Shown here piece by piece: positions 1 through 8,989 of a stretch of 20,000 nt of DNA (position 1 is its first letter; each line of letters opens with the position of its first letter). The DNA is from Chiloscyllium plagiosum. Its lineage: Eukaryota. Below the pieces are notes generated by a model. It was not told the DNA's origin. It ran no database searches and was given only the letters and a program-made list of their open reading frames with translations. The position numbers and the translations under genes were made by a program. The DNA lies in the NCBI RefSeq assembly GCF_004010195.1, contig NC_057719.1, forward strand, positions 93,733,151-93,753,150, given 5' to 3'.

Positions 1-28
1 GGCATGTTTCCTTGCTGTATGACTCTAT
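1..28 (+). mobile_element. 3' tail of a CR1-clade LINE (runs off window start)
   Basis: GCATGTTTCCTTGCTGTATGACTCTAT resembles the CR1 3' terminus seen at ~15330-15358 (CCGTTTCTGTTCTGCATGGCTCT). Confidence 0.6.
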
Positions 29-69
29 CACACGACAAGAGACTCTGTGAGGGTGGCGGGGTGGGGGGG

Positions 70-395
70 GGAATATAGAACAGAAAGATACCAGGTTGCA
101 ATGCCATCTCCTTGAGGATGGCCTGCTTCCCCCTCTGTTGTACTGATCCTCACTAAGACAGCACAAGCCTGGATTGATAACTGTCAACTTCCTATATTGA
201 CATAGGAAGGCTCAGTGCAGCAGAGATAAAAGTTAACAAGAAGGTGGGGATTAAGCCTGGGACCATCATGCTCTGTGTTCGTGCTTCAATACTGTATGTA
301 CGTCATGTATTCTGGGCCAAAGTTCGATCCCTAAAATACACTCTGCTCTGTTCACTGCGAGTGATGTTACCTCGCTGCAGGATTTACTGAAGGCT
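70..395. repeat. Non-TE block of segmental duplication, copy 1 (paralogue 15578-15870)
   Basis: Colinear shared words ACAGAAAGAT, TACTGAT..TCACTAAGACA, ATTGATAACTGT, CTCAGTGCA, ACTGTATG, CTCTGCTCTGT.CACTG.GAGT, GGATTTA.TGAAGGCT. Confidence 0.9.
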
Positions 396-410
396 CCAGA
401 TCTCACTCAC

Positions 411-498
411 CATCTTTCTGGCTGACCAACTGTCTTCAATGTGGTGATGAACGAAACAGGAATTGGGAATTCTGCTGAGTCAGGAGTATCCTGATTAC
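411..498 (-). other. Candidate orphan exon or pseudoexon (88 nt; 80 nt if the AG at 492-491 is used)
   Basis: On the minus strand: branch-like CTAAT (~536-532), long pyrimidine tract (530-502), CTGTAC in the expected acceptor position, then an exon ending AAGATG|GTGAGT (donor 410-405). One open frame reads NQDTPDSAEFPIPVSFITTLKTVGQPER. Gene not recognised. Confidence 0.5.
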
Positions 499-599
499 GT
501 ACAGGAGACAGAGAAATAGACAGAACGGCAAATTAGACTGATGCAGTGAGGGTTACACAGGGAGAATGGCACTGAGTCCCACAGAGATCTGGAAAATTA

Positions 600-2142
600 G
601 AGTCTCCATCCCTGGCCTGTGTTGCCTCGTCTCCCTGTAGTGGAGATTTCTGTTGGCTCAGGATCTGGAGTAGCTGCAAAATGTGCAGTCACCAGCATCA
701 ATTAAACCCTCATGGTAACAGGTAACACATGGCGACATACTGTGGGATATCACCAATGTGCAAGAATGTATCTGGGTCAAACCACGGTCAGGAAGAAGGG
801 GGTTTTATTCATGGTGCACTGGGATCAGTACTCAGGAATGAGCGAGTAAAAAAGGGGCCAGGCAACGGCCTAATGTTACTCTCACTTGACTGTTCATCCA
901 GGATTTAATGCCAGTGTTAGGGATATCCATCTGACTATTTCATACCCTTTAAGTAACAAAATCTGTTATAGGCTGCCGGTCTGGCCTACATATGAATCCA
1001 GACCAAGAGCAATGAGATTGAATCTCAAGTGCTCTCTGAAATGGTCTGGCAAGCCACTCAGCTCTAAGGCTAGTCAGGGTGACCTGTGATGCTGACCAGC
1101 CAGAGACAGCAACGTCCTATGAGTGCATTAAAAACGACCCTGCTGGGAGCAGTGCCCTGGCCAGTTAATTCGGTAGGTTTATAGACAGAGCTTTAAACTG
1201 ATAGAGAGGATGCAGGCACAGGTTCAGGTGAAAAGAGCTTTCCAAATCCAAAGAGAAAATATGAAGCCTCGGAACAGAATATGGATGTGACTGAAGACAA
1301 GCAGATAGAAACAGGAAGGGGTGGAGTTGAAACTAAAATTGTATATCAGCGAATAGGATTGTGACAGGAAATTGTGGGAAAACGTAAACTATATGTTTTT
1401 TGAATGGACAAAGTATCTGCAATAAGGTAACAGCCTTGTGACACAGAGAAAATTGAGATTTAGTCACCAGACGAACGTGATTATAGGTTGTACAAAAGGT
1501 GGAACATATATATTCAACAGTAAACAACCTTATAGGATCACAGGTAGAATGGAAAAGCAAGATGGGAAGCTTGACAATAATGGATAACAAAGGCATTACA
1601 GAGAAAGCATTTGGCCTCAGATTATGCAGCTGAATCAGCCTGAATGCAAATTCGGGGTGCTCCGTGTCAAAAACACGTGCACAAGAACGGTTTTTTAGGC
1701 TGTCGATCAGTATTTGATTGATCATCCCTGCATTAAACATGAATTCATTAGAATTTGTAACAAAGGTGGTGAGAAATTTTGGGAGATTTCAATCTTTATA
1801 TAATCTGGGACAGACACATTGGCAAGAGTGATATTATCTGAGATTCTCCTTGAAAGATTTTGCCAGTGTTTTTTTAAATAACACATTGTGTAACTGGCTA
1901 GAGATGTAATTGCCCAGAACTACCTTTGGGTGATGAAGCTTAGTAAATGAGTATTATCACACTGAGATCCTCCAGGAAATTATAGCGGAATTCAAAGAGA
2001 TTATGACATTTTCAAATGATTATAAAGCACACCCGAGCATCAGTAACAAAACCAATTGCATGATTTTTAGAGAGAACTCACCAAGGTAAACAGGGGAAAC
2101 AGACTGAAATGGCAGGCTGTAAATGAACAGTGGAAAACATTT
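600..2142 (+). mobile_element. Ancient, heavily decayed CR1 LINE (ORF1 esterase remnant plus ORF2 endonuclease region), duplication copy 1; interrupted by a SINE
   Basis: Remnants of CR1 motifs: CTGTGTTGCCT (LCCL, ~617), GGGGTTTTATTCATGGTGCACTGG (GF.F..HW, ~800), AATGGACAAAGTATCTGCAATAAG (NARSIRNK-like, ~1403), GGAGATTTCAATCT (GDFNL, ~1782). Many stops and indels; start is approximate. Confidence 0.7.
858..1135 (+). mobile_element. tRNA-derived elasmobranch SINE, internally deleted
   Basis: Head GGCAACGGCCTAATG; body GGTCTGGCCTACATATGAATCCAGACC...CTCTGAAATGGTCTGGCAAGCCACTCAG; A-rich tail. Homologous to 16862-17231 and, inverted, to 18674-18876. Confidence 0.8.
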
Positions 2143-2149
2143 AGACTCA

Positions 2150-4225
2150 GAGCGTCCCAGAGACGTGCAGCACATAAATGGAACCCTTCTGTCCAACTCG
2201 TTCACGCCGCCCAGATATCCATTCCTAATCTCGTCCCATCTGCCAGCACTTGCCCCATACCTACTAAACCCCTTTCACTCATGTACCAATCCAGATATGT
2301 TCTGAATGCTGCAATTGTACCAGCCTCTACCACTTCCTCTTGCAGTACATTCCATACATACACGACACTCTGCGTGAAAAATCTGCCCCTTAGGTCCCTT
2401 TTAAATTGTTCATCTCTCGCCCTAACCTTATGCCCTCGAGCATTGGTCTCCACCACCACAGAGAAAATACCTTGTCTGTTTATCATTTCCACGCCCCTCA
2501 TGATTTTACAAACATCAAGAATGTCACGCCTTAGCCTCTGATGATCTAGGAAAATAAAAACAGTCCCAATCGTTTCAGCCTCTCCCGATAGCTCAAATGC
2601 TCCAAGGCTGGCAGCATTCTTGTAAGCCTTTTCAGAACTTTTTCAACTTTCACAACATCTTTCCAATAGCAAAAGGACCAGAATTGCATGCAATGATCCA
2701 GAAGTGGCCTAACCAGTGGTCTTTACAGCTGCAACATGACTTCCAAACTCCTGGACTTGACCAAACACCTTCTTCACTATCCTCTTAACTGCGACTTTAC
2801 TTTAAAGGAGCTATGAAGTCCAAGATCTCTTTGTTCAGCAACACACCCTAAAATCTCACCATTAAGTGCATAAGCCCTGCTGAGATTTGCTTTCCCAAAA
2901 TGCAGCACCTCACATTTATCTAAATTAAACTCCATCTGCCACTCCTCAGCCCATTCGCTCATCCAATCAAGATCTCGTTGTAATCTGAGGTAGCCTTCTT
3001 CAGTGTCTGCTATGTCTCAACTTTTGGTGTCATCTGCCAATTTATTAACTGTACCTCCCATGTTCAGTCCAAATCATTTCTATAATGACAAAACGTAGTG
3101 GATCCAGCATTGACCTTTCTGGCACACCATCGGCCTCCAGTGTGAAAAACAACCCTCCACAACTAACTTCTGTCTTCCACTTTCGAGCCAGTTCTGTATC
3201 CAAATGGCTAGTTCTGCCTGTACTCCATGAGATCTACCCTTGTAACCGATCTTCCAGTAGGCACGGTTTTGAACGCCTCAGTGAAGTCCATATAGATCAC
3301 GTCCAATGATCGGCCCTCATCAATCCTTTTTGTTACTTCTTCAATAAACGTAATCAACTTCTTGAGACATGATTTCCCACACACAAAGCCATACTGACTA
3401 TCTCTATTCGCGCCTTGCCTTTCTAAATACATGTAAATCCTATCTTGCAGGAATCTCTTCGACAATTTACCCGCTACTGATGTCAGGCTCACTGGTCTAT
3501 AGTTCGATAGCTTTCCCTTTCCACCTTTCTTAAATGGTGGCACCACGTTAGCCAACCTCCAAACGGCTAGCACCTCACCTATGATGATCGATGATACAAA
3601 TTCTTCAGCAAGGGGCCCATCAATTACTTCCCTAGCTTCTTACAGAGCTCCAAGGTACACCTGATCAGGTCCTGGGGATTTATCCGCTTTTACGCGTTTC
3701 AAGACGTCCAGCATCTCCTCCTCTTTAACATGGACAGTTTTCCAAGATGTCACCATCTATTTCCCCACATTCGATATTTTCCATTTCCTTCTCTACAGTA
3801 AACACTGATGCAAAACATTGGTTTCGGATCGCCCCCATCTCCTGTGGCTCCACACAAAGGTTGCATTGCTGATCTTTGTGGGGCCGTATTTTCTCCCTAC
3901 CTACCTTATTGTCCTTTATGTATTTATAGAACACTCTTGCGATTCTCCTTAACCCTGTTTGCCAAAGCTATCTCATGTCCCCTTTTTACACTCCTGATTT
4001 CCCTCCTAAGTATACTCCTCCTGCCTTCATAATCTGAGGATTCACTTGAATTCTCGTGTCTAAACCAAACAAATGTTTCCTTCCTTTTCTTAACCAAATC
4101 CTTAGTTCTCTACTCATCCAGCATTCCGTACACCCACCAGCATTTCCTTCCACCCTAACAAGAATACTATATACTATCTCTGGAAAGCCGTTCTCTCATT
4201 TTTGAAGGCTTCCCATCTTCCAATT
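2150..4225 (-). mobile_element. 5'-truncated CR1 LINE, ORF2 RT domain to 3' UTR (pseudogenised)
   Basis: Minus-strand ORFs WRLANVVPPFKKG..NYRPVSLTS, QYGFVCGKSC, DVIYMDF, WAEEWQMEFNLDKCEVLHFG, RGHK..FFTQSVV.VWN; 3' tail near 2150. Confidence 0.95.
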
Positions 4226-4579
4226 ATAAAGGTTTCATTCTCTCAAAATGGAATGTCCCCAATTCCTGTATCTCATGAAACTGCCAATTTAAAACAATGA
4301 AAAAATAGAGCACATTCTAAATTAAGGCTTTGATGAAGTGAGCTCTGGTCAGTCATGTATATCTGGAGCTCACTAGATGCATAGAGAGTGCTTCCTACCA
4401 GAGAAGCACCAGTTCAGTGTCAGGTGCACAGACAGAATGGGCAAATACATTCACATCTGAACTCACATCTCCCAGCCTGTAAATCTGAAGGTATGCACAG
4501 CCATTCTGGTAAACATCTCAAAACTTAGGTCATCAAGATTGGCCCAATAGTCTAAGCAAAAACAAATCAGTCATTCAGA

Positions 4580-4775
4580 CTAAAACATCCTTCAGGTTTC
4601 ACAACCCATTCTCGGTTGCATCCTTCAGGTTCCATGAATCCTGCTACCTCTAACCTCCTACAGGATAATTGTCCCTTCTTACATTTGTACCATCCTCCAG
4701 GTTCTGCAGCCCTTCCTACCTCCGTGACATGGGGCGGACACTGCAACTCTTCCTTCCTCTGCAATGTTCCCCAGA
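4580..4775 (-). repeat. Degenerate ~35-bp tandem repeat, inverted segment
   Basis: Reverse-complement units CTGGGGAACATTGCAGAGGAAGGAAG / CTGGAGGATGGTACAAATGTAAGAAGG / CTGTAGGAGGTTAGAGGTAGCAGG / CTGAAGGATG recur about every 33-37 nt. Confidence 0.65.
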
Positions 4776-4779
4776 AGGG

Positions 4780-5000
4780 TACTGAAAGATCGTGGGGTTA
4801 CAGAGTAGGGAGGCATATCAGGATTGGAGGATTTTGCAGTTATTAGCAATATTGAAGTGGCTAAAATTGGCTTCGGTAATTTTGAGGATTCCCGGAAATA
4901 AAGGAGGTTACAGAACTAAGGAGGATTGGAGGGACTGGAAGACGTTTCACAGTTTAGGAGTTTTGTGGGGACTGGAGGAAGGCACCAAAATAGGGAGGGT
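4780..5000 (+). repeat. Degenerate ~35-bp purine-rich tandem repeat
   Basis: Units like GGGGTTACAGAGTAGGGAGG, GGAGGTTACAGAACTAAGGAGG, ACTGGAAGACGTTTCACAG, ACTGGAGGAAGGCACCAAAATAGGGAGGG. Confidence 0.7.
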
Positions 5001-6796
5001 TTAAAATTGAAGGTTTCTGCAGAAAATCTCTACTGGGTTAAAGGCAGGATTATTGGTAGTGTGGAATAACGGAAGAATCTTGGGGTCCACATCCATAGAT
5101 CCTTCAAAGGCGCCAGGTACGTTAATAGGGGTGTTAAGAAGGCATGTGATGTGTTAGTTTTCATTAGCGGGGGGATTGAGTTTAAGACCTATGAGGTTAT
5201 GCTGCAGCTCCATACAGCCCTGGTTAGTCCACTCTTGGAATATTGTGTTATGTTCTGGTCGCCTCATTATAGGAAAGAAGTGGAAGCTTTGGAGAGGGTG
5301 AAGAAGAAATTTATCAGGATGTTTTCTGGATTGGAGGGCAAGTCTAATGAAGAAATGTTGGGGAAGCCAGGGCTTTTCTCATTGGAATGAAAAAGGATGA
5401 GAGCTGACTTGATAGAGGTGTACGAGCTGATGAGAGACGTACGAAATGATGAGAGGCATACACAGAGTGGATGGCCCGAGAATTTTCCCATTGTGAAATG
5501 GCTATAACGATGGGGCATAATTTTAAGGTACTTGCAGTAAGGTTTATGGGACATGTCAGAGGTAGGTACATTACACAGAGAGTGGTGGGTATATCGAATG
5601 CACTGCCAGCGTTAGTGGTAGAGAGAGCAACATTAGGGACATTTAATTAACTTTTGGATATGCACAGTAAAATGAATTTCTCAAAATGGGGACCTGTGCC
5701 CGGTGGTGTTCCAAGGGGATCCGTGCTGGGTCCACTGTTGTTTGTGATATACATAAATGATTTGGAGGAAGGTATCAGTTGCCTGATTAGCAGGTGTGCA
5801 GATGACACTAAGTTTGGCGGAATAGCAGATAGTGATGGGGACAGTCAGAGAATACCGCAGTGTATAGATTGATTGGAGAGATGGGCAGAGAAATGGCAGA
5901 TGGGGAGTTCAATCCAGGCAAATGCGAGGTGATGCATTTCAGAATATCCAATTTAAGTCCTGGGAAAAATTGACGTACAGAGAGATCTGGATATTCAGGT
6001 CCATTATTCCTTGAAGGTGGCAACGCAGGTCAGTAAAGTGGTTAAGGCGGCATACAGCATGCTTTCCTTCATTGGACGGGCTATAGAGTAAAAGAGTTGG
6101 CAGGTCATGTTACAGTTGTAATGGATTTTGGTTCGGCCACATTTGGAATGTTACATACAGTTCTGATCATCACATTACCAAAAGGATGTGGATGTTTTGG
6201 AGAGGGTGCAGAGGAGGTTCACCCAGATGTTGTCTGGGATGGAAGGGGCTAGCTATAAAGAGAGGTTGAATAGATTCAAATTAATTTTATTGGATAGACA
6301 AAGGTTTACTGGGGACCTGATTGATGTCTACAAATTCATGAGATGTGTAGACATGGTGGATAGCAAGAAGTTTTTTTCCCCAGATTGCAGAACGCAGTTA
6401 CTGGGGGTCACAAGCTCAAAGTGAGAGGGGAAAGGTTTAGGGCAGATATACGTGGAACGTTCTTTATGCAGAGGGTGGTGGGGGCCTGGAACGCGTTGCC
6501 AGCGGAGGTGGTAGGGGCGGGAACGATAACGTCATTGAAGATGCATCTAGACAGCTGCATGAATGGGCAAGGAACAAAAGGATACAGATCCTTAGAAAAT
6601 AGGCAGCAGGTTTAGACAGACGTTCTGGATCAACACAGGCGTGGAGGGCCGAAGGGCCTGGTTCTGTGCTGAAATTTTCTTTGTTCTTTTCTTCTTTGAA
6701 TGGTCTGCAGGTTAGTTTGATCTTAGAGTAGGATAAAAGATCGGCAAATTATCAAGGGCCGAAGGGCCTGTGCTGTTCTGTACTGTTCTGTGTTCT
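5001..6796 (+). mobile_element. CR1 LINE 3' fragment (5001-5677 plus 6697-6796), host to a nested CR1; possible 13-bp TSD
   Basis: ORF LVSPLLEYCVMFWSPHYRKEVEALERV; the 3' UTR resumes at ~6700 and ends GTTCTGTGTTCTA. AAATAGGGAGGGT flanks it at 4988-5000 and 6797-6809. Confidence 0.9.
5678..6696 (+). mobile_element. Nested 5'-truncated CR1 LINE (RT C-terminus to 3' tail)
   Basis: GVPRGSVLGPLLFVIYINDL..CADDTK; LERVQRRFT; FFMQRVVGAWNALP; TTCT-rich tail; TGAAT at 5673-5677 and 6697-6701 as a possible TSD. Confidence 0.93.
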
Positions 6797-7640
6797 AAAT
6801 AGGGAGGGTCACAATGGCAGAAAGGTGTTTCCGGAGTCTGGAGAGGATAGGATCTGAATGAATTGATACAGTTAGGAAGGTTTGCTCGGAGTGCTAGAGG
6901 CAACAGAAACACCAATGGCCTGATCTGGAACGGCCGACCCAGACTGGGAGGGCTGTGAGGACTGGAGGTGCTTCACAGGGAGGGAGGACCATAGAGCCAC
7001 GGGGTGTTACAGAAATGTGGAGAGATGTAGGACCTGCACGAGTTCATGGAAATGAGGAGGTTGGGAGGTATGGAACAGTTTACACAGATAAGGATGTTGG
7101 TAGGATGGAATGGTTTACACCGACAGGAGTGTTTTAGGTGAATGGAGAGGTTTAGAGAGAAAGTGCGTCGGATAGACTGCAGAGGCAAACAGAGATATGG
7201 AGGGTTGTCATGGATGATGTTTATAGGTACAGGAAGGTGTAGGTTCTGCAGATTAGTTAGATGCGGAGGGTGTGGAGTCTGACAGATTTTCCAGAAGGGA
7301 ATTAATTTTGGTTGGAGACACTTTCACAGATAAGGGAGCATTAGTAACCTCCTCCAGAATGGCCAAATTGGGAAGAGTTGTCGGCGAGGGTGAAGCTTAC
7401 ACAGATAGAGGTGTAAGTGCTGGAGAAGGTTATTGAGATGAGTAGTGGATGAGAGACTGGAGGAGATTAAATTAATAGTGGGGAGGATGTTACACAGATA
7501 CTGAGTCTTATAGGAACTGAAAGTCACATGATTTGGGGTGGGTTCTACAGGTTGGGAGTGCTGCAGGGACCTGAGAGGCCTTTTGGGTCTCCCCAGATTG
7601 ATCGTGTATTTAGGACTGTAAGAGGTTACATAGATACGGA
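6797..7640 (+). repeat. Degenerate ~35-bp purine-rich tandem repeat, main block (roughly 20 or more units)
   Basis: By-eye consensus CTGGAGGAGGTTACAGAGATAGGGAGGGTGTAGGGA; e.g. ATGGAACAGTTTACACAGATAAGGATGTTGGTAGG followed by ATGGAATGGTTTACACCGACAGGAGTGTTTTAGG. Confidence 0.8.
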
Positions 7641-7929
7641 AACATTAAAGACAATGTGTGCCTTCCTCTTTATCCTGAACGAGTGATGATACCTCTCATT
7701 GGTCAGGATTCCTAAACCTGCTAACTTTTCCCTTCACCCTAACAGGGACATACTGGATTCTTGAGATCAAACTTTTAAAAGCCTCCCATTTGCCAGTCAT
7801 TCCTTTTCATTCAAACAGACTGACCCAATTGATTTTAGTCATGATTTGCATGTGCCGGTGTTGGACTGGGGTGAGCAAAGTTAATAACCACACAACACCA
7901 GGTTATAGTCCAGCAGGTTTATTTGCAAG

Positions 7930-7964
7930 TACGAGCATTCGAAGCACTGCGTCTTCATCAGGTG
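7930..7964 (-). ncRNA. Degenerate minimal hammerhead ribozyme motif (probably inactive)
   Basis: cac-CTGATGA-a-gacgc-agt-gcttc-GAAT-gc-TC-gta. The conserved GAAA is mutated to GAAT and stem II is mismatched. Confidence 0.5.
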
Positions 7965-8104
7965 GATGTGGAGCACAATCCGAAGGCACCGAATTTATAG
8001 CAACGGGAATGCAGTGTCATGGAATGAAATATTAAACAGGCTTAGATTAATCTTTCATCGTTTAGAATGATCACCAGCGCTTCCAAATCTACCACTTTCA
8101 AATA

Positions 8105-8989
8105 CAGAAGGACCTTGATTATCCAAATATCAATTAACCCAATATCAGATTACCCAAAGGAGATCTGAAGTCCCGATATAAACATTACATCAAAGAGCTG
8201 TTTCAACCCTGATTGTGTTTATTTTTTGTTTACATGGATTAAAACCGATCTCAGCTGACCGAAATGCTGCCGAGAACAGTCCTGGACATCGAGCCCAAAT
8301 ACCATCTCCAAATGACTGACCTCCCACCCTCTCTCCCTCTCTCCCCCCTTCCTCAGATATTCTCACGAACATTGTCCTGTACAGGGCAGAGGTGGAACTT
8401 TACGAAATGTTGCAGTAAAAATTTGTGTATGGCTGTCTGAACGTGTGCACATGCGTGCATGTGCACGTGCGTGTACGCTATTTGGAGACTTGGCCCAGAA
8501 AAGACAGTAGATGTCTTACTGTTGGTGTCCACTCCAGCTGGTCAGAAGGGGAAGTGGATGACGGTGGCAGGGGGGCCGTGGGCATGGGCATGGACATAGA
8601 TTGGACGGTGGCTGTGGGGGGTGGGGGGCGGTTTTGATGGGTTTGATGACGGGCTGAGGGTGATGTCGAACGTGTTTGGAATGTGGGGAAATGCGGCGGG
8701 TGGAGGGCGAAGTCGGACGGTTTTGGAGCAGGGGTCGCTGTTGCGTGGGTTTGGGGCAGGTGGGAGCGGTGTTGGATGGGTTTGCAGGCGAGCGGGGTGT
8801 GTTTTTGCGGTCTGGCAGGGCGTGGGTGCTCGCTCATGGCTTGCTGCTGTCTAGTCATCTGAATAGGGAGCAGACTGGACTGAAAGGTCCGAGCCCCAGA
8901 GGAAAGGCATTGAATCGATTAACTGAATAATCAATTATCTGAACGAAATAGTGCCCGGCCATTTCGATCAGATAATCCAGATTCCTCTG
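8105..8989. mobile_element. Non-autonomous Tc1/mariner (Tigger/pogo-like) DNA transposon, TA TSD
   Basis: TA|CAGAAGGACCTTGATTATCC at the left and GATAATCCAGATTCCTCTG|TA at the right form imperfect TIRs; subterminal GATTATCC/AATTAACC-like repeats; TA at 8103-8104 and 8990-8991; no transposase ORF. Confidence 0.85.

Noticed and set aside
182..209. Overlapping hairpins or pseudoknot-like pattern (TGTCAA/TTGACA; CTTCCTAT/ATAGGAAG)
   Set aside because: Not conserved in the paralogue, and loops are too short for a real pseudoknot; likely a local event or chance.
444..494. Possible C/D snoRNA (GTGATGA...CTGA)
   Set aside because: Only 51 nt from box C to box D, weak terminal stem, no recognisable guide; better explained as the antisense of the exon-like segment.
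499..540. U12-type AT-AC intron acceptor
   Set aside because: It ends in AC but lacks a TCCTTAAC branch site and has a U2-type pyrimidine tract.
6797..7640. CRISPR-like array
   Set aside because: Units are contiguous degenerate repeats without constant repeat plus unique spacer; no cas genes; vertebrate context.
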